From Microcoleus sp. (lineage in GTDB: Bacteria; Cyanobacteriota; Cyanobacteriia; Cyanobacteriales; Microcoleaceae): a stretch of 64,000 nucleotides of DNA. Positions 52,042 through 62,370 of the stretch are shown piece by piece. Below the pieces are notes generated by a model that was not told the origin of the DNA, made no database searches, and saw only the letters and a program-made list of their open reading frames with translations. Within the stretch, counting starts at the first letter, position 1; each line of letters opens with the position of its first letter. The translations under genes and the position numbers were made by a program. The stretch is taken from contig CP181291.1 of assembly GCA_052279835.1 (NCBI GenBank), positions 1,952,001 to 2,016,000 of the forward strand, in the 5' to 3' direction.

Positions 52042-53343
52042 CTATTTTACTTCAATTTTAACTCCGTAGTTTGCTTTATTGTCGCCAGAAAGTTCAATAG
52101 TATAGTCCCCACTGCTGGGTAGTTGACCTTGCCACGGACTTGTGCTATTTGCAGTGCCTACTTTTTCACCGTTAGGAGCAATAATTGTGGCGCTAACTTT
52201 GCCTTCTTCAACTTTTAATGTCATGCTTTGGCCACTATTGCACTCCAGTAAGTAGCGCTTTGATTTGTTGTCTGGCAAAGTATTCCTGAGAGTAACTCCG
52301 ATCGCACCTGGTTCAAAGGTAACTCGCTCAGTGACAGCAGTTTGGGCCGCAGGAGAGGGGGATACTGAGGGCGAGGGAGAAGGCGATGGAGAGGCTAATT
52401 GTGGCACCCCAGACAAGGTTGGCGTCAGAGTGGGAGTGGGCGACGGGATGCTGGAGACAGGTGATTGTGGAGTTGCGGGTGCGGGGGGAATCGCAGGTAG
52501 TCGATTAGCTGGAGTGGCAGGAATAGGGGAAGGGCTGGGACGAAGTGGTACATCGGCGGGCAACTTGATTTGTAGGTTGACTCTTTCCTGATACATTCTC
52601 CAGGCTAACAAACTGCCCAGACTTAGCACAGAACCGACTAACATTCCGCTCAAAAAAACTGCTAGAACTTGCCAAACTCCTGTTTTTTTGGGTTCGGGAT
52701 TCGGAGTGGGATTTAGTTGAGTTGGGTAATTGTCATAGTCAATGGTTGGCGGTGCGATGTCGGCATCCATGGGAATAGTTTCTGTTTCTGTTTCCAAATT
52801 AGCCATTAAAATATCTTCTTTTATGGCATTTTCAGCGCTGTTTTCCGATGAAATTTTAGTATGTAAAATATCTTCTGTAATAGCAGGATTTACCGTGACT
52901 GGCGGGTCATTATTAGTATTTGAAATATTTGCGGCTATCATAGTTTCTCTAGAAAAATCCAGAGGTGCGGAATCGGTAGTTAAAGAATGTTCGTCTAGGG
53001 AAGTTTCTCTCGGAGTTTCTGCTGGTTGGGAATTGGTAGTTAAAGAATGTGCATCTAGGGAAGTTTCTGGCGGAGTTTCTGCTGGATAGGAATCAGTAAT
53101 TAAAGAATGTGCATCTACGGAAGTTTCTGGTGGAGTTTCTGCTGGATGGGAATCAGTAATTAAAGAATGTGCATCTACGGAAGTTTCTGGTGGAGTTTCT
53201 GCTGGATAGGAATCAATAATTAAAGAATGTGCATCTAGGGAAATTTCTGGGGGAGTTTCTGCTGATGGGGAACTTGACTCTAAAGTGGCAATTGTTTCTG
53301 GATGCTGAGTCAAAATTTGATTGTTTTCCGGTTGGTCACTCAT
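52042..53343 (-). CDS. Membrane-anchored protein: acidic repeats, TM, Pro-rich linker, C-terminal beta domain
   Basis: Five 20-aa AETPPETS.DAHSL repeats; TM VLAVFLSGMLVGSVLSLGSLLAW. Confidence 0.8.
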   Translation of the reverse strand: MSDQPENNQILTQHPETIATLESSSPSAETPPEISLDAHSLIIDSYPAETPPETSVDAHSLITDSHPAETPPETSVDAHSLITDSYPAETPPETSLDAHSLTTNSQPAETPRETSLDEHSLTTDSAPLDFSRETMIAANISNTNNDPPVTVNPAITEDILHTKISSENSAENAIKEDILMANLETETETIPMDADIAPPTIDYDNYPTQLNPTPNPEPKKTGVWQVLAVFLSGMLVGSVLSLGSLLAWRMYQERVNLQIKLPADVPLRPSPSPIPATPANRLPAIPPAPATPQSPVSSIPSPTPTLTPTLSGVPQLASPSPSPSPSVSPSPAAQTAVTERVTFEPGAIGVTLRNTLPDNKSKRYLLECNSGQSMTLKVEEGKVSATIIAPNGEKVGTANSTSPWQGQLPSSGDYTIELSGDNKANYGVKIEVK

Positions 53344-53474
53344 AGGGATAAAATTATAGTATAAAGATGGGTGTTGAGTATTTTACGTTATTTGTGCGAT
53401 CGGGCAATGCTCTTGAGAAAACAAGAAAATGGTACTTTTGTGGAACCGGCAATAATTCATAAATGGTGCAACAT

Positions 53475-53742
53475 ATTCGTCGCGATCCTATCTAATTAAA
53501 GCGGTAGTATCTAGTATTATCTGCATATTTGCCCGATGAGACTCACGAAGACGGTTAATTTCTGCCAATAGTTATTTTACAGACTTTTTACGTTGTCCTG
53601 AGAGGGCTTTGGTCTTGGTTGACAACTCAGCTTCTAAAAGGGCGATCGCAAAAGCATTAATCGAGAGGTGTTGAGCATCGGCTAACTCTTGCAGCCTCCT
53701 ATACAATTCATCTGGTATATTTTCTATTTCCAGGGTAGCCAT
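53475..53742 (-). pseudogene. FitA-like ribbon-helix-helix antitoxin pseudogene
   Basis: MATLEIENIPDELYRRLQELA...SIN; stop at 53572-53574, then the frame continues LLAEINRLR...DTTALIR*DRD. Confidence 0.7.
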
Positions 53743-53933
53743 GTCTTAAAGTCCTAGCATAGTTTCCATAAATATTAGCATAGGAATGTAGGTTTAGGAG
53801 ATATTTAGCGATTTACCTTTGGGTGGGGGCGGGTTTAGGAAATTGTTTGTTACAGGCGAGTATTGTTTGTGAAACCAGCCCTGACACATTACCCCTTCCC
53901 GATTTCCAATTACCCATTCCCGATTCCCAATTA

Positions 53934-56441
53934 TTAATTATTAGGCAAAGATTCCCAAAAAGGTCGCTCTTCTCCCTTTCTGATAGTATTTGTAGCAGAC
54001 TGCATATTCCCCCTCAGTTCTTGATAATACCTATCGTCCAGGAAACTAACGTTTACACCAAAAGGTAGTAGTAATTGACGTAATTTTTCCTGAGTATAAT
54101 CCTTGCCGTCAATTATCGCCCCGCGAGGATTTGAGACTAACAAATTGCCATTGACAGGTACGGAATTGACCAGATTCGGCCACCAAGCATAACCGCTATA
54201 GCCAAACATCACTGGAATTTGGATAATTTGGTCATCTCTCAGGGAAAATTCTCTTTTTAACTTATCGATAATCGGATTAAGTTTTTGTGTTTGTAAATTG
54301 AGGTTGTGTTTAATTAAAGCTTGATTTTTCAAAGCATCGCTGACTGTAATTTCATTGCTCAATCCACGATTTATCCTAACATCACCGTAACCTTTTCCTG
54401 CCAATTCTTCCAAGAGCTTAACTCCGGCTTCTGGACTGGCGATCGCCATTATATACTTTCCAGGAGTTGTACTGGGAATAAAATTGATGATTTCATCGAC
54501 TTGGCGAGTCAATAGCCAAGAAGTATCAATATCCACCGCAGGCCCTTGAATTTGCTGAGCTTGAATAAAATCCAGTACCTCTGGATTAAAACTAGCATTC
54601 CCAGAATTACCGTAATAAATTCGACCCATGGGGTATCCAGGAATCGCCGGTGTTACTTGTAAATTTCCGTAGCCATCAGCCCACTGATTTGCTGATTCTA
54701 GATTGCGAGGTTGACCGATTTTGACTACGCTCAAATACTCATCGGGATTGGTTTTTTGGGGATAATTACCTAGGACATTAATATTGTTTTGTAAGGCTAC
54801 ATTCAAATTGCGAGTTTTGGATTTTTCTGGAAATTGAACGTACCCATTTTTCTGAATATCCTGCATCCAAGCTTTGTCTCCTTGGATGATTTTGACTTTA
54901 GCTCCTGTAGGTTCTACTGCTTGTTTGAGTTGGGAGATAAATTCGCTATTTCCTGAGCCTCTGTCGCTGACTTGAACCTCTGTAACTGGTGTGATATTGG
55001 AGGGCATTATCCAAGGGGTAACGCCCATTTGGATTGTGGCTGAGGCTATTTCTTGACCATTATTGATGGCATTTGCTTTGAGATTAATCCGACCGCTCCA
55101 ATTGCGATCGGCAAATTGTTTGGCTTCTACTCCTAAGACAATATTTTTGCTAAAAACTAGCGGTTTAGTGCCTGATATGTCTACACTTTGCCACCCATCG
55201 CCGGTCTTTTGAAAAACATTTATGTGAGGGCTAGCAAGGTTATCAGCCGTGATAAATATTTGAGAACCTTTGAAGTTTTCCGACATTTTTAAGTGAACTT
55301 GAGACAGCATTGCTGGGCGGCGTGGGGCGCTAACTTTGGTTTGTTGCCAAACTGGTATTTTGCGTCGATCGCCCGATTTGTCGTTAAATAGAACTAGGGT
55401 TCCCTTGGACAAAGACCATTGTTCTTTACCTGGTTCATCTTGGTCATTAATTTCGCCATCTCTGTTGGTATCTCCCGCAAAGAAGAAGTTGGATGGCGCT
55501 GAAGTGGGTAAAAGTGGGCTGGGATTTGGGGTGAGAGTTGCTTGAGGAGTTGGTGAAGTTTTTGCTAATTCTTCTTGGCGGGCTTGTTCTTGCTTTTCTC
55601 GTGCTTGTCTTTCTAATTCTTGGCGGGCTTGTTCTTGTTTTTCTCGTGCTTGTCTTTCTAATTCTTGGCGGGCTTGTTCTTGTTTTTCTCGTTCTTTCCG
55701 CACAATTTCTTGTTGTTCAAATTCTTGTCTTTCTCGTTCTTTCCGCACAATTTCTTGCTTTTCAAATTCTTGTCTTTCTAGTTCTTTCCGGGCTTGTTCT
55801 TTTTTCTCAATTTCTCTTCTGGCTAACTCTTGTTTTTCTTGTTCTTCTGCTAAGGCTTTTTGTACGTTCCGTGCAATTTGTAATTCGTAGGTAGCGACTG
55901 TTAGATTGCCTTGATATTCGATGGTTTTGTCTATCGCCCCACTAGCCAAAAAAGAATCGTGGGGAATTTGGCGCAGCGTGTTGATAGCGGACTGCCACAG
56001 ACGTTGTGACTGTTCCCAACTAGCTGGAGAATTTTTTGCGGTGCGTCCGATGATGACGGCTTCACTGGCTATTTTAGCCGATTCATTCCAAGTGTTTTTG
56101 GCGGTTTCTTCGATTTGAATGCTACTGTTGACTTTGGCCAGTTGCAGAACCAAAGCTTCTGATTTTTGGCGCTGGATTTGGGGTTTCCAAGGTTCTGAGA
56201 AAAACGAGGTGCGATCGGGATTTTTGGCAATTTGCTCTAATTCTAGTTTAAGGCGATCGCGCAATTTGTAGAGTTCCGCAAGGGATTGGGGAGTTTCGGT
56301 GTCTGGCTGTAGCCCAGAGATTTGGAGTTGGTTGTTGAGGGAAGGTTGGGCGAGGGTTTGGGGGACTGCTACCCAGATGATACCGATGATGACACCGAAA
56401 GTATTGATAATGGCGATCGCAATATATTTAACCAAACGCAT
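53934..56441 (-). CDS. Protein-arginine deiminase (PAD) homologue with N-terminal anchor and coiled coil; probably catalytically inactive
   Basis: DTNRDG, PWIMP, WMQD, DGYGNLQVTP, YPMGRIYYG, DTSWL..QVDE, PNLVN, GNMQSATN. Confidence 0.85.
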   Translation of the reverse strand: MRLVKYIAIAIINTFGVIIGIIWVAVPQTLAQPSLNNQLQISGLQPDTETPQSLAELYKLRDRLKLELEQIAKNPDRTSFFSEPWKPQIQRQKSEALVLQLAKVNSSIQIEETAKNTWNESAKIASEAVIIGRTAKNSPASWEQSQRLWQSAINTLRQIPHDSFLASGAIDKTIEYQGNLTVATYELQIARNVQKALAEEQEKQELARREIEKKEQARKELERQEFEKQEIVRKERERQEFEQQEIVRKEREKQEQARQELERQAREKQEQARQELERQAREKQEQARQEELAKTSPTPQATLTPNPSPLLPTSAPSNFFFAGDTNRDGEINDQDEPGKEQWSLSKGTLVLFNDKSGDRRKIPVWQQTKVSAPRRPAMLSQVHLKMSENFKGSQIFITADNLASPHINVFQKTGDGWQSVDISGTKPLVFSKNIVLGVEAKQFADRNWSGRINLKANAINNGQEIASATIQMGVTPWIMPSNITPVTEVQVSDRGSGNSEFISQLKQAVEPTGAKVKIIQGDKAWMQDIQKNGYVQFPEKSKTRNLNVALQNNINVLGNYPQKTNPDEYLSVVKIGQPRNLESANQWADGYGNLQVTPAIPGYPMGRIYYGNSGNASFNPEVLDFIQAQQIQGPAVDIDTSWLLTRQVDEIINFIPSTTPGKYIMAIASPEAGVKLLEELAGKGYGDVRINRGLSNEITVSDALKNQALIKHNLNLQTQKLNPIIDKLKREFSLRDDQIIQIPVMFGYSGYAWWPNLVNSVPVNGNLLVSNPRGAIIDGKDYTQEKLRQLLLPFGVNVSFLDDRYYQELRGNMQSATNTIRKGEERPFWESLPNN

Positions 56442-56875
56442 ATAGTTTATCCTCAGACACCCCAATGATTTTACCTAATTTGGGGATAAATTGAGAATTT
56501 AATATCGGGTGGTTGGGGCGGGAAGGGCTATGGTTGAGACCGTCATAAAAGACTTACAGAACTTTTGATATCAAATTCGGTAGCATCTGAATTATTCATC
56601 TCTCTATTCTCTCACTCTGTGTCCTCTGCGTTCTCTGTGGTTACTCCCTTCCCACCCAAAGAATTTGTATTTTAATAAACCGCGAAGGCGCGTTCCCCGC
56701 AGGGGTTCCCGTAGGGTAGGACGCAAAGGAAGAGAAGAGAGAGTTTAATACAGGACGATGAAGAGAGGATTTTATATGACTATGTAGCCGGAAACAATAT
56801 GAATGTTTCAGGTATGATGAAAAATCGCAGGTTGTCTCGTGCAATGGGGAGGATGTCAAAGAATATGTCTATTCA

Positions 56876-59173
56876 CTATTTTAAAATTGATTTTTGCAGA
56901 CGCTCGATCGCACAATGCAAACATTTAATTTCATAGACAATGCGATCTAGTTGTGTAGAAACAGGAGTTTGGTCCCGAACAGCTTGCCTCGTGGAAGTTA
57001 CAGAAGTTGGATTTGCAGCTAACTCTGAGATGCGAGCGGTATGTAACTGTTCGATCCGATTGTGAATTGGTTGGAGATAAGTATCTAGGGCGGGTAAAGA
57101 TTGGGGTGGCTCTCCCTGTTCCAAGGCCTTTGCTAAATTCTCCAAAATTTCGACAATGGCATCGTTAAATCCCTTGAGTTCTGCAAATTGATACTCTCCG
57201 CTAAATTGTCGCTGATGTTCCGCTAGAGTCGTAACAGAGCTAAAAAAGGCACGAATGTATAGCATTAGCATCATAATCGGTTCCACTTCTCCTCGAACGT
57301 GAAGGGGTTCGCTGAATAAGCGTTGAGCCGCGGCCGCAGCGTTCGCATTTTTCAATGCTGCTTGATGACGCAGGTTTTTAATAGTCTCAGTCGATGGTTC
57401 TGATTCTGGGTGGAGATAGCTGGCGGCAACTTGTTCAAAGTAAGCGAGATTGGCTCGCATAGTTGTTGCTAATTGTGCCGAGAGTTGCTGTCTTTCCCAA
57501 CTGGGAAATAACAAATAGCTGCCGAGTAATGCTAAGCTGCCTCCAATTAAGCTATCGACAATGCGTAAAGCCCCGATTTCCCAGCCACCTTTACTGGTGA
57601 GATTGAGCAGCAATATGACGACGGGAGTCAGGAGTATCATGAAGATACCATAGCTGAGCGATCGCACTGACATCGCAGTAACTAACAGGACTAAGATACA
57701 GATTAATATTGCCACTGAATTGTGGATGAATGCGACTAGGGCAATGCCGACTATCCCCCCTAAAGTAGTTCCCACAACCCGTTGCACCGTTCTTTCGGAG
57801 GTATCACCAAAGCTGGGCTTCAAGGCAACTACAGCGGTGAGTGTCACCCAATAACCTGTAGGTACTTGCAATAGCGAAGCCAGTAATTGAGCAGTAGTTA
57901 CTATCAGCGCCAGTCGCAAAGCATGACGAAATAAAACTGAATCAAACGTGAGATTATTCCGCAGGGTATCCAGGATGGAAGAACGCTCTGGCTGCATGGG
58001 GGGGTAAATGTCTGACTGCGGGATGCTGCGCCCTTTTGCTTGCTGTAAATCTGTGACAATCTCCACATCGCTATGAATCTGTTCTGCTAGGGCTTTGAGA
58101 CTGCTGACTATCTTGCCAATACTTACTAACCGAGCATAGTCATCTGCGTGAGTGAGACTCGCCTCATTCAGGAATTGAGAGCGTAGGATTTGCCATTGGT
58201 ATTCTAAGGCCTCGATCGCGCGATCGAGGTCTCCTAAGTGCACAAAGTTCTTTCCTTTGGTAAGGGCATCGGACAATAGTTGCACAGCCGTTGCCGATTG
58301 TGCCATCACTTGCTGGATTTCACTATATAAATATTGGAATAGGGAATGAGGGGAGGCGATCGCTAACAGTTCGACCAATGCTACAACAGAATTGGTAATT
58401 TGGTTGGCATCCTCAATTAAGACCAGTAACTGATTTCCACGCAAATTAGCGGTTTCTCGCCCTGTCCACACAGCACCCCAGACACTCCGGGCAGAGGTCA
58501 ACTCCTGTATCACACTATCTTGAGCTTGTAAGAATTGCTTAGTCCACTCCCGAAGTTCCTGCCGATTGAAGGGTATTTCGCTGGCGGTTGCCAAAAATTG
58601 GCTCAATGTGTGATAGCAATTGGCCGCTGCCACGATGACAGGGGTGTAAGGGCGCAGTACCCACAATCCTAGAGATAACAGCATTGTCCATAGGCCTCCA
58701 CCCAGACACAACGCGCATTGCTCAAGAACCGTAGACCAATCCGGGAACGAAGCGAATTTGGCTAGGGAGACGATAAACATAATTGATGTCACCAGACTCA
58801 CCGTGGCCGCTGTCGTGCCAAACAGACCAGCTAAGCCCGCGATAAACATCACCAAAAAGGTGGTGGGAATCGCTAGCCAGAGGGTACTGCTAACTAGATT
58901 GGCGATGAGCAACGCCAGAGTTGTGCCAATGGTCGCTGCGAGCATTACAGTAGCTTTTTGGCGGTAGGCTCCACCCCCATCCACCATTCCGACAAACATG
59001 GCGGCCATGGCTGCGATGGCACTTGCAGCCGGATGACCGATCATGAATCCCACTGCCATCGGCCCGCTGACTGCCAAAAGAGCACGCAAGCCGTAGAGGA
59101 TGTCCGGTTTACCAGGGTTGAGCTGAAACGGCTGCAACAGCCAGTTGAGAGATGGTGGGTGGGCAGATAGCAT
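56876..59173 (-). CDS. FUSC/YccS-family membrane protein
   Basis: N-terminal TM bundle; FRHALRLA, GYWV.LT...LKP, RVVGT..G, RIVDSLIG. Confidence 0.9.
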   Translation of the reverse strand: MLSAHPPSLNWLLQPFQLNPGKPDILYGLRALLAVSGPMAVGFMIGHPAASAIAAMAAMFVGMVDGGGAYRQKATVMLAATIGTTLALLIANLVSSTLWLAIPTTFLVMFIAGLAGLFGTTAATVSLVTSIMFIVSLAKFASFPDWSTVLEQCALCLGGGLWTMLLSLGLWVLRPYTPVIVAAANCYHTLSQFLATASEIPFNRQELREWTKQFLQAQDSVIQELTSARSVWGAVWTGRETANLRGNQLLVLIEDANQITNSVVALVELLAIASPHSLFQYLYSEIQQVMAQSATAVQLLSDALTKGKNFVHLGDLDRAIEALEYQWQILRSQFLNEASLTHADDYARLVSIGKIVSSLKALAEQIHSDVEIVTDLQQAKGRSIPQSDIYPPMQPERSSILDTLRNNLTFDSVLFRHALRLALIVTTAQLLASLLQVPTGYWVTLTAVVALKPSFGDTSERTVQRVVGTTLGGIVGIALVAFIHNSVAILICILVLLVTAMSVRSLSYGIFMILLTPVVILLLNLTSKGGWEIGALRIVDSLIGGSLALLGSYLLFPSWERQQLSAQLATTMRANLAYFEQVAASYLHPESEPSTETIKNLRHQAALKNANAAAAAQRLFSEPLHVRGEVEPIMMLMLYIRAFFSSVTTLAEHQRQFSGEYQFAELKGFNDAIVEILENLAKALEQGEPPQSLPALDTYLQPIHNRIEQLHTARISELAANPTSVTSTRQAVRDQTPVSTQLDRIVYEIKCLHCAIERLQKSILK

Positions 59174-59219
59174 TACTTACGTTATTTCCTTTTCGGGCAA
59201 ACTATATTGATAGCTATCT

Positions 59220-60743
59220 TCAAATCACATAAAATTCGCCATATTTGTTGCGTATGTACCGCAGAAATGGGTCGATACTTAAAGGAGAACCTGTAACTCT
59301 ATCTAGCAATTCGACTGCGGTATATTTACGACCATGACTATATATATTTTCTTTGAGCCAATCATGGAGTACGGTAAAATTCCCCTGTTCTATTTCTACC
59401 GGAATTTCTGGATTGATTTTGACTGCGGTTTCATAGAATTGGGCGCTCATTAAATTACCAAGGGTGTAACCTTGGAACATACCGCCGATCGTTCCAACAT
59501 ACCAATGAACATCCTGCATTGCACCCTCGCTGTCGCTGGGGGGAACAATACCGAGGTCAGTTTTATAGCGACTGTTCCAGGCTTCGGGGAGGTCATGAAC
59601 CGATAGTTTTCCCTCTACCATTGCCAATTCTAGGTCAAAGCGGATGGCTACGTGGAGGTTGTAGGTTACTTCGTCGGCGTCGGTGCGGATCAGCGATCGC
59701 CCGACTTTGTTAATGGCCTTATAAAATACCTCAATCGGCACCTGTCCCAACTGCCGCAAAAATACCCCTTGCAGTTGCGGGTAAAAACATTCCCAAAAGC
59801 CCCTACTGCGGCCGACTAAATTTTCCCAAAGCCGGGACTGGCTTTCATGAACACCAGAGGAAATGCCACCAGCTAGGAGTGTACCTTCAAATTCGTGGGA
59901 ATTTCCCAGTTCGTAAAGAGCGTGTCCCGCTTCGTGGATACTGCTAAAAAGAGCTTGATCCAGGTGATCTTTGTAAACGCGGGTGGTGATCCGCACGTCG
60001 TCTATGGAGAAGTTGGTCATAAACGGGTGCAAGGTGGTATCTTGTCGTCCCCGTTGGAAGTCGTAGCCCATACGTTCTACGACGGTGCGAGTAAATTCTA
60101 ATTGCTGGGCTTCGGGGAAGTCTTGATGCAAGCAAGAGTCGTCAGCCTGGGGCTGGGAGGTGATGGCTTCGACTATGGGGACTAATTCTTGACGGAGTTG
60201 AGCGAACAACGGGCGCAAAATCGATACTTTCATGCCATAGTCGCTACGATCGATCAAGGGATCGGCAATATGTTCATATCCTGGGAAAAAGTCCGCGTAT
60301 TGCCTGCTTAATTCTAGGGTTTTTTCCAGATATGGCTCCACGGCTGCAAAATTATTAGCAGCTTTTGCCGTAGCCCAGGCTTCGTAGCAGTCGGCTTGGT
60401 GGCGACATAGTTTGGCCATAAAGGCTGCCGGAACTCTGGCGGCGCGATCGTAATCTCTGCGCGCGACGCGAATCAGGCTGGCGGTATTGGAATCGTAGGG
60501 GAGGCTTTGTTCGTAGCCACGTAAGTCTTCTAGCAGTTCCCCAATTTTAGGATCGGTAAATTTTTCGTGGGATATCTGTTTGAGGGTAGCCAATTGGCGG
60601 CTCCGGGCACTTGCACCCCTAACAGGCATATAGGTGGCTTGATCCCAGTGCAGCAGGGAAGAGGCTGACTCGATATCGATAATTTCGTTAAGACGGGCTG
60701 TGAGTTGACCGAATTTTGTTTCAGTTTTGTCTAGGGTTTGCAT
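59220..60743 (-). CDS. Carboxypeptidase Taq (M32 family)
   Basis: WDQATYMP, HPF, DVRITTR, HEAGHALYE, HESQS, IRTDADE, QDVHW. Confidence 0.95.
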   Translation of the reverse strand: MQTLDKTETKFGQLTARLNEIIDIESASSLLHWDQATYMPVRGASARSRQLATLKQISHEKFTDPKIGELLEDLRGYEQSLPYDSNTASLIRVARRDYDRAARVPAAFMAKLCRHQADCYEAWATAKAANNFAAVEPYLEKTLELSRQYADFFPGYEHIADPLIDRSDYGMKVSILRPLFAQLRQELVPIVEAITSQPQADDSCLHQDFPEAQQLEFTRTVVERMGYDFQRGRQDTTLHPFMTNFSIDDVRITTRVYKDHLDQALFSSIHEAGHALYELGNSHEFEGTLLAGGISSGVHESQSRLWENLVGRSRGFWECFYPQLQGVFLRQLGQVPIEVFYKAINKVGRSLIRTDADEVTYNLHVAIRFDLELAMVEGKLSVHDLPEAWNSRYKTDLGIVPPSDSEGAMQDVHWYVGTIGGMFQGYTLGNLMSAQFYETAVKINPEIPVEIEQGNFTVLHDWLKENIYSHGRKYTAVELLDRVTGSPLSIDPFLRYIRNKYGEFYVI

Positions 60744-60805
60744 GATTGGGGTTAGCGGTACTTTTTTGCCTACAAAGGTTGCTGTGCGGCATCTATATTA
60801 GTCAA

Positions 60806-62026
60806 TCATTGCTTACCCTGAGTTAAAGCTAAAGACCGCACTTGTTCACGTATTGTATGCAATTTTGAGTCATTTTGGGAAAGTTTTAGGTATTTTTTCG
60901 GATTAAGTTCGATCGCCTTCGAGAGATTTTCTATTGCTTTGTCGATGATGCTTGCTACTACTGCGGGCTGATTTTTTGACTCTTGCGCTTGTTTTTCTAG
61001 GGCCCAGATGCAGGCTTTTTGATAGTAGAGGTTTGGATCGTCTGGTTTGAGTGCGATGATTCGATCGTAAGAGGCGATGGCTTCCGGGTATCGCTGGATT
61101 TTTTTGAGGGCGACGGCGCGGTTGTACCAGGCCTCGATGTTTTGCGGTTCTGTTTCTAGTGTTTTGTCCCAGGAGGCGATGGCTTCGGGGTAGCGTTGTA
61201 AATTTGCCAAGGCCAGGCCGCGGTTATACCAGGCTTCGCTATCGTCTGGTTTCAGGGCTAGGCCTTTGTCCCAGGAGTCTATGGCTTCTGCAAATTTTCC
61301 CATGTGGGCGATCGCCGTGCCGCGTTTGTTCCAAACTTCGGGGGAGTTGGGGCGCAGTTGGAGAGTTTTGTCGTAGGAGACAACGGCTTCTAGGTAGCGT
61401 TTGGCATCGGCTAAGGCTGTCGCGCGATGATACCATGCTTGGTGTAGGTCTGGTTTAATTTCCAGCGCCCTGTCGTAGGTGGCGATCGCCATTTCGTTTT
61501 GTCCTGATTTTTTCAGAGCAAATGCCTTGTTGTACCAAGCTTCCCAGTAGTCGGATTTCAGGGCTAAGGCTTTGTCGTAGGAAGTGATGGCTTGGGAGTA
61601 GCGTTCCAACTTAACCAGAGCGTTGCCTCGGTTCGACCAAGCTTCATGGTAATTTGGTTTGAATTGGATAGCTTTTTCGTAAGAGGCGATCGCCTCTGAA
61701 AGCCTGTTACACTTTTGCAGCACATTGCCCCGATTGTACAAGGCTTCTGGGTGATCGGGTTTAATTTTGATGGCTTCGTTGTAGGCGCAAATCGCTGTTT
61801 CTAGCTGTCCCAACTTTTTGAGGGCGACACCTTTGTTGTACCAAGCTTCCTGAAATTTTGGTTCTAGTTCGATCGCTTTTTCCCAAGATGCGATCGCCGC
61901 TTGCAAGCGTCCCATTGCTTCTAGGGCGTTACCTCGATCGTACCAGGTTTGAGGGTCTTGGGGATTCAGTTCTATGGATTTTGCCCCACGTTCGATCGGC
62001 TTTTCCATACTCGCTAATTTTTGCAA
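60806..62026 (-). CDS. Tetratricopeptide-repeat protein
   Basis: Consecutive 34-aa AWYNRG.AL..L.RY.EAI.SYDKA repeats. Confidence 0.92.
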   Translation of the reverse strand: MQKLASMEKPIERGAKSIELNPQDPQTWYDRGNALEAMGRLQAAIASWEKAIELEPKFQEAWYNKGVALKKLGQLETAICAYNEAIKIKPDHPEALYNRGNVLQKCNRLSEAIASYEKAIQFKPNYHEAWSNRGNALVKLERYSQAITSYDKALALKSDYWEAWYNKAFALKKSGQNEMAIATYDRALEIKPDLHQAWYHRATALADAKRYLEAVVSYDKTLQLRPNSPEVWNKRGTAIAHMGKFAEAIDSWDKGLALKPDDSEAWYNRGLALANLQRYPEAIASWDKTLETEPQNIEAWYNRAVALKKIQRYPEAIASYDRIIALKPDDPNLYYQKACIWALEKQAQESKNQPAVVASIIDKAIENLSKAIELNPKKYLKLSQNDSKLHTIREQVRSLALTQGKQ

Positions 62027-62370
62027 GGGATTTCACCTAATTTTTTGTAAAGTTGCGGTTTTTTTTATATTAACTTTCATACTAGGATGATTTTTACCCT
62101 TCCCAGGGTTGAAACCTTAGTATTCTGGTAATTTTTGATCGCTTTACATATACTCAAAAAAAATTAAACCCGTCTATTATAGACTTAGCAGTCTCTGGGG
62201 AATGTATAAATTAATACTTTAGTTTCTAAATTACGCATAATTAAGCAAAAGGGCAGGACATCGGACTCAACTATAAACAGCCTCACCCAAGCTCGACTAG
62301 CCCCAACCCCAGGCAAATCTCTATCCTGGCATCAAGGCTGGAAACCGATGAGCGTCCGGGGTTTAGGCTT

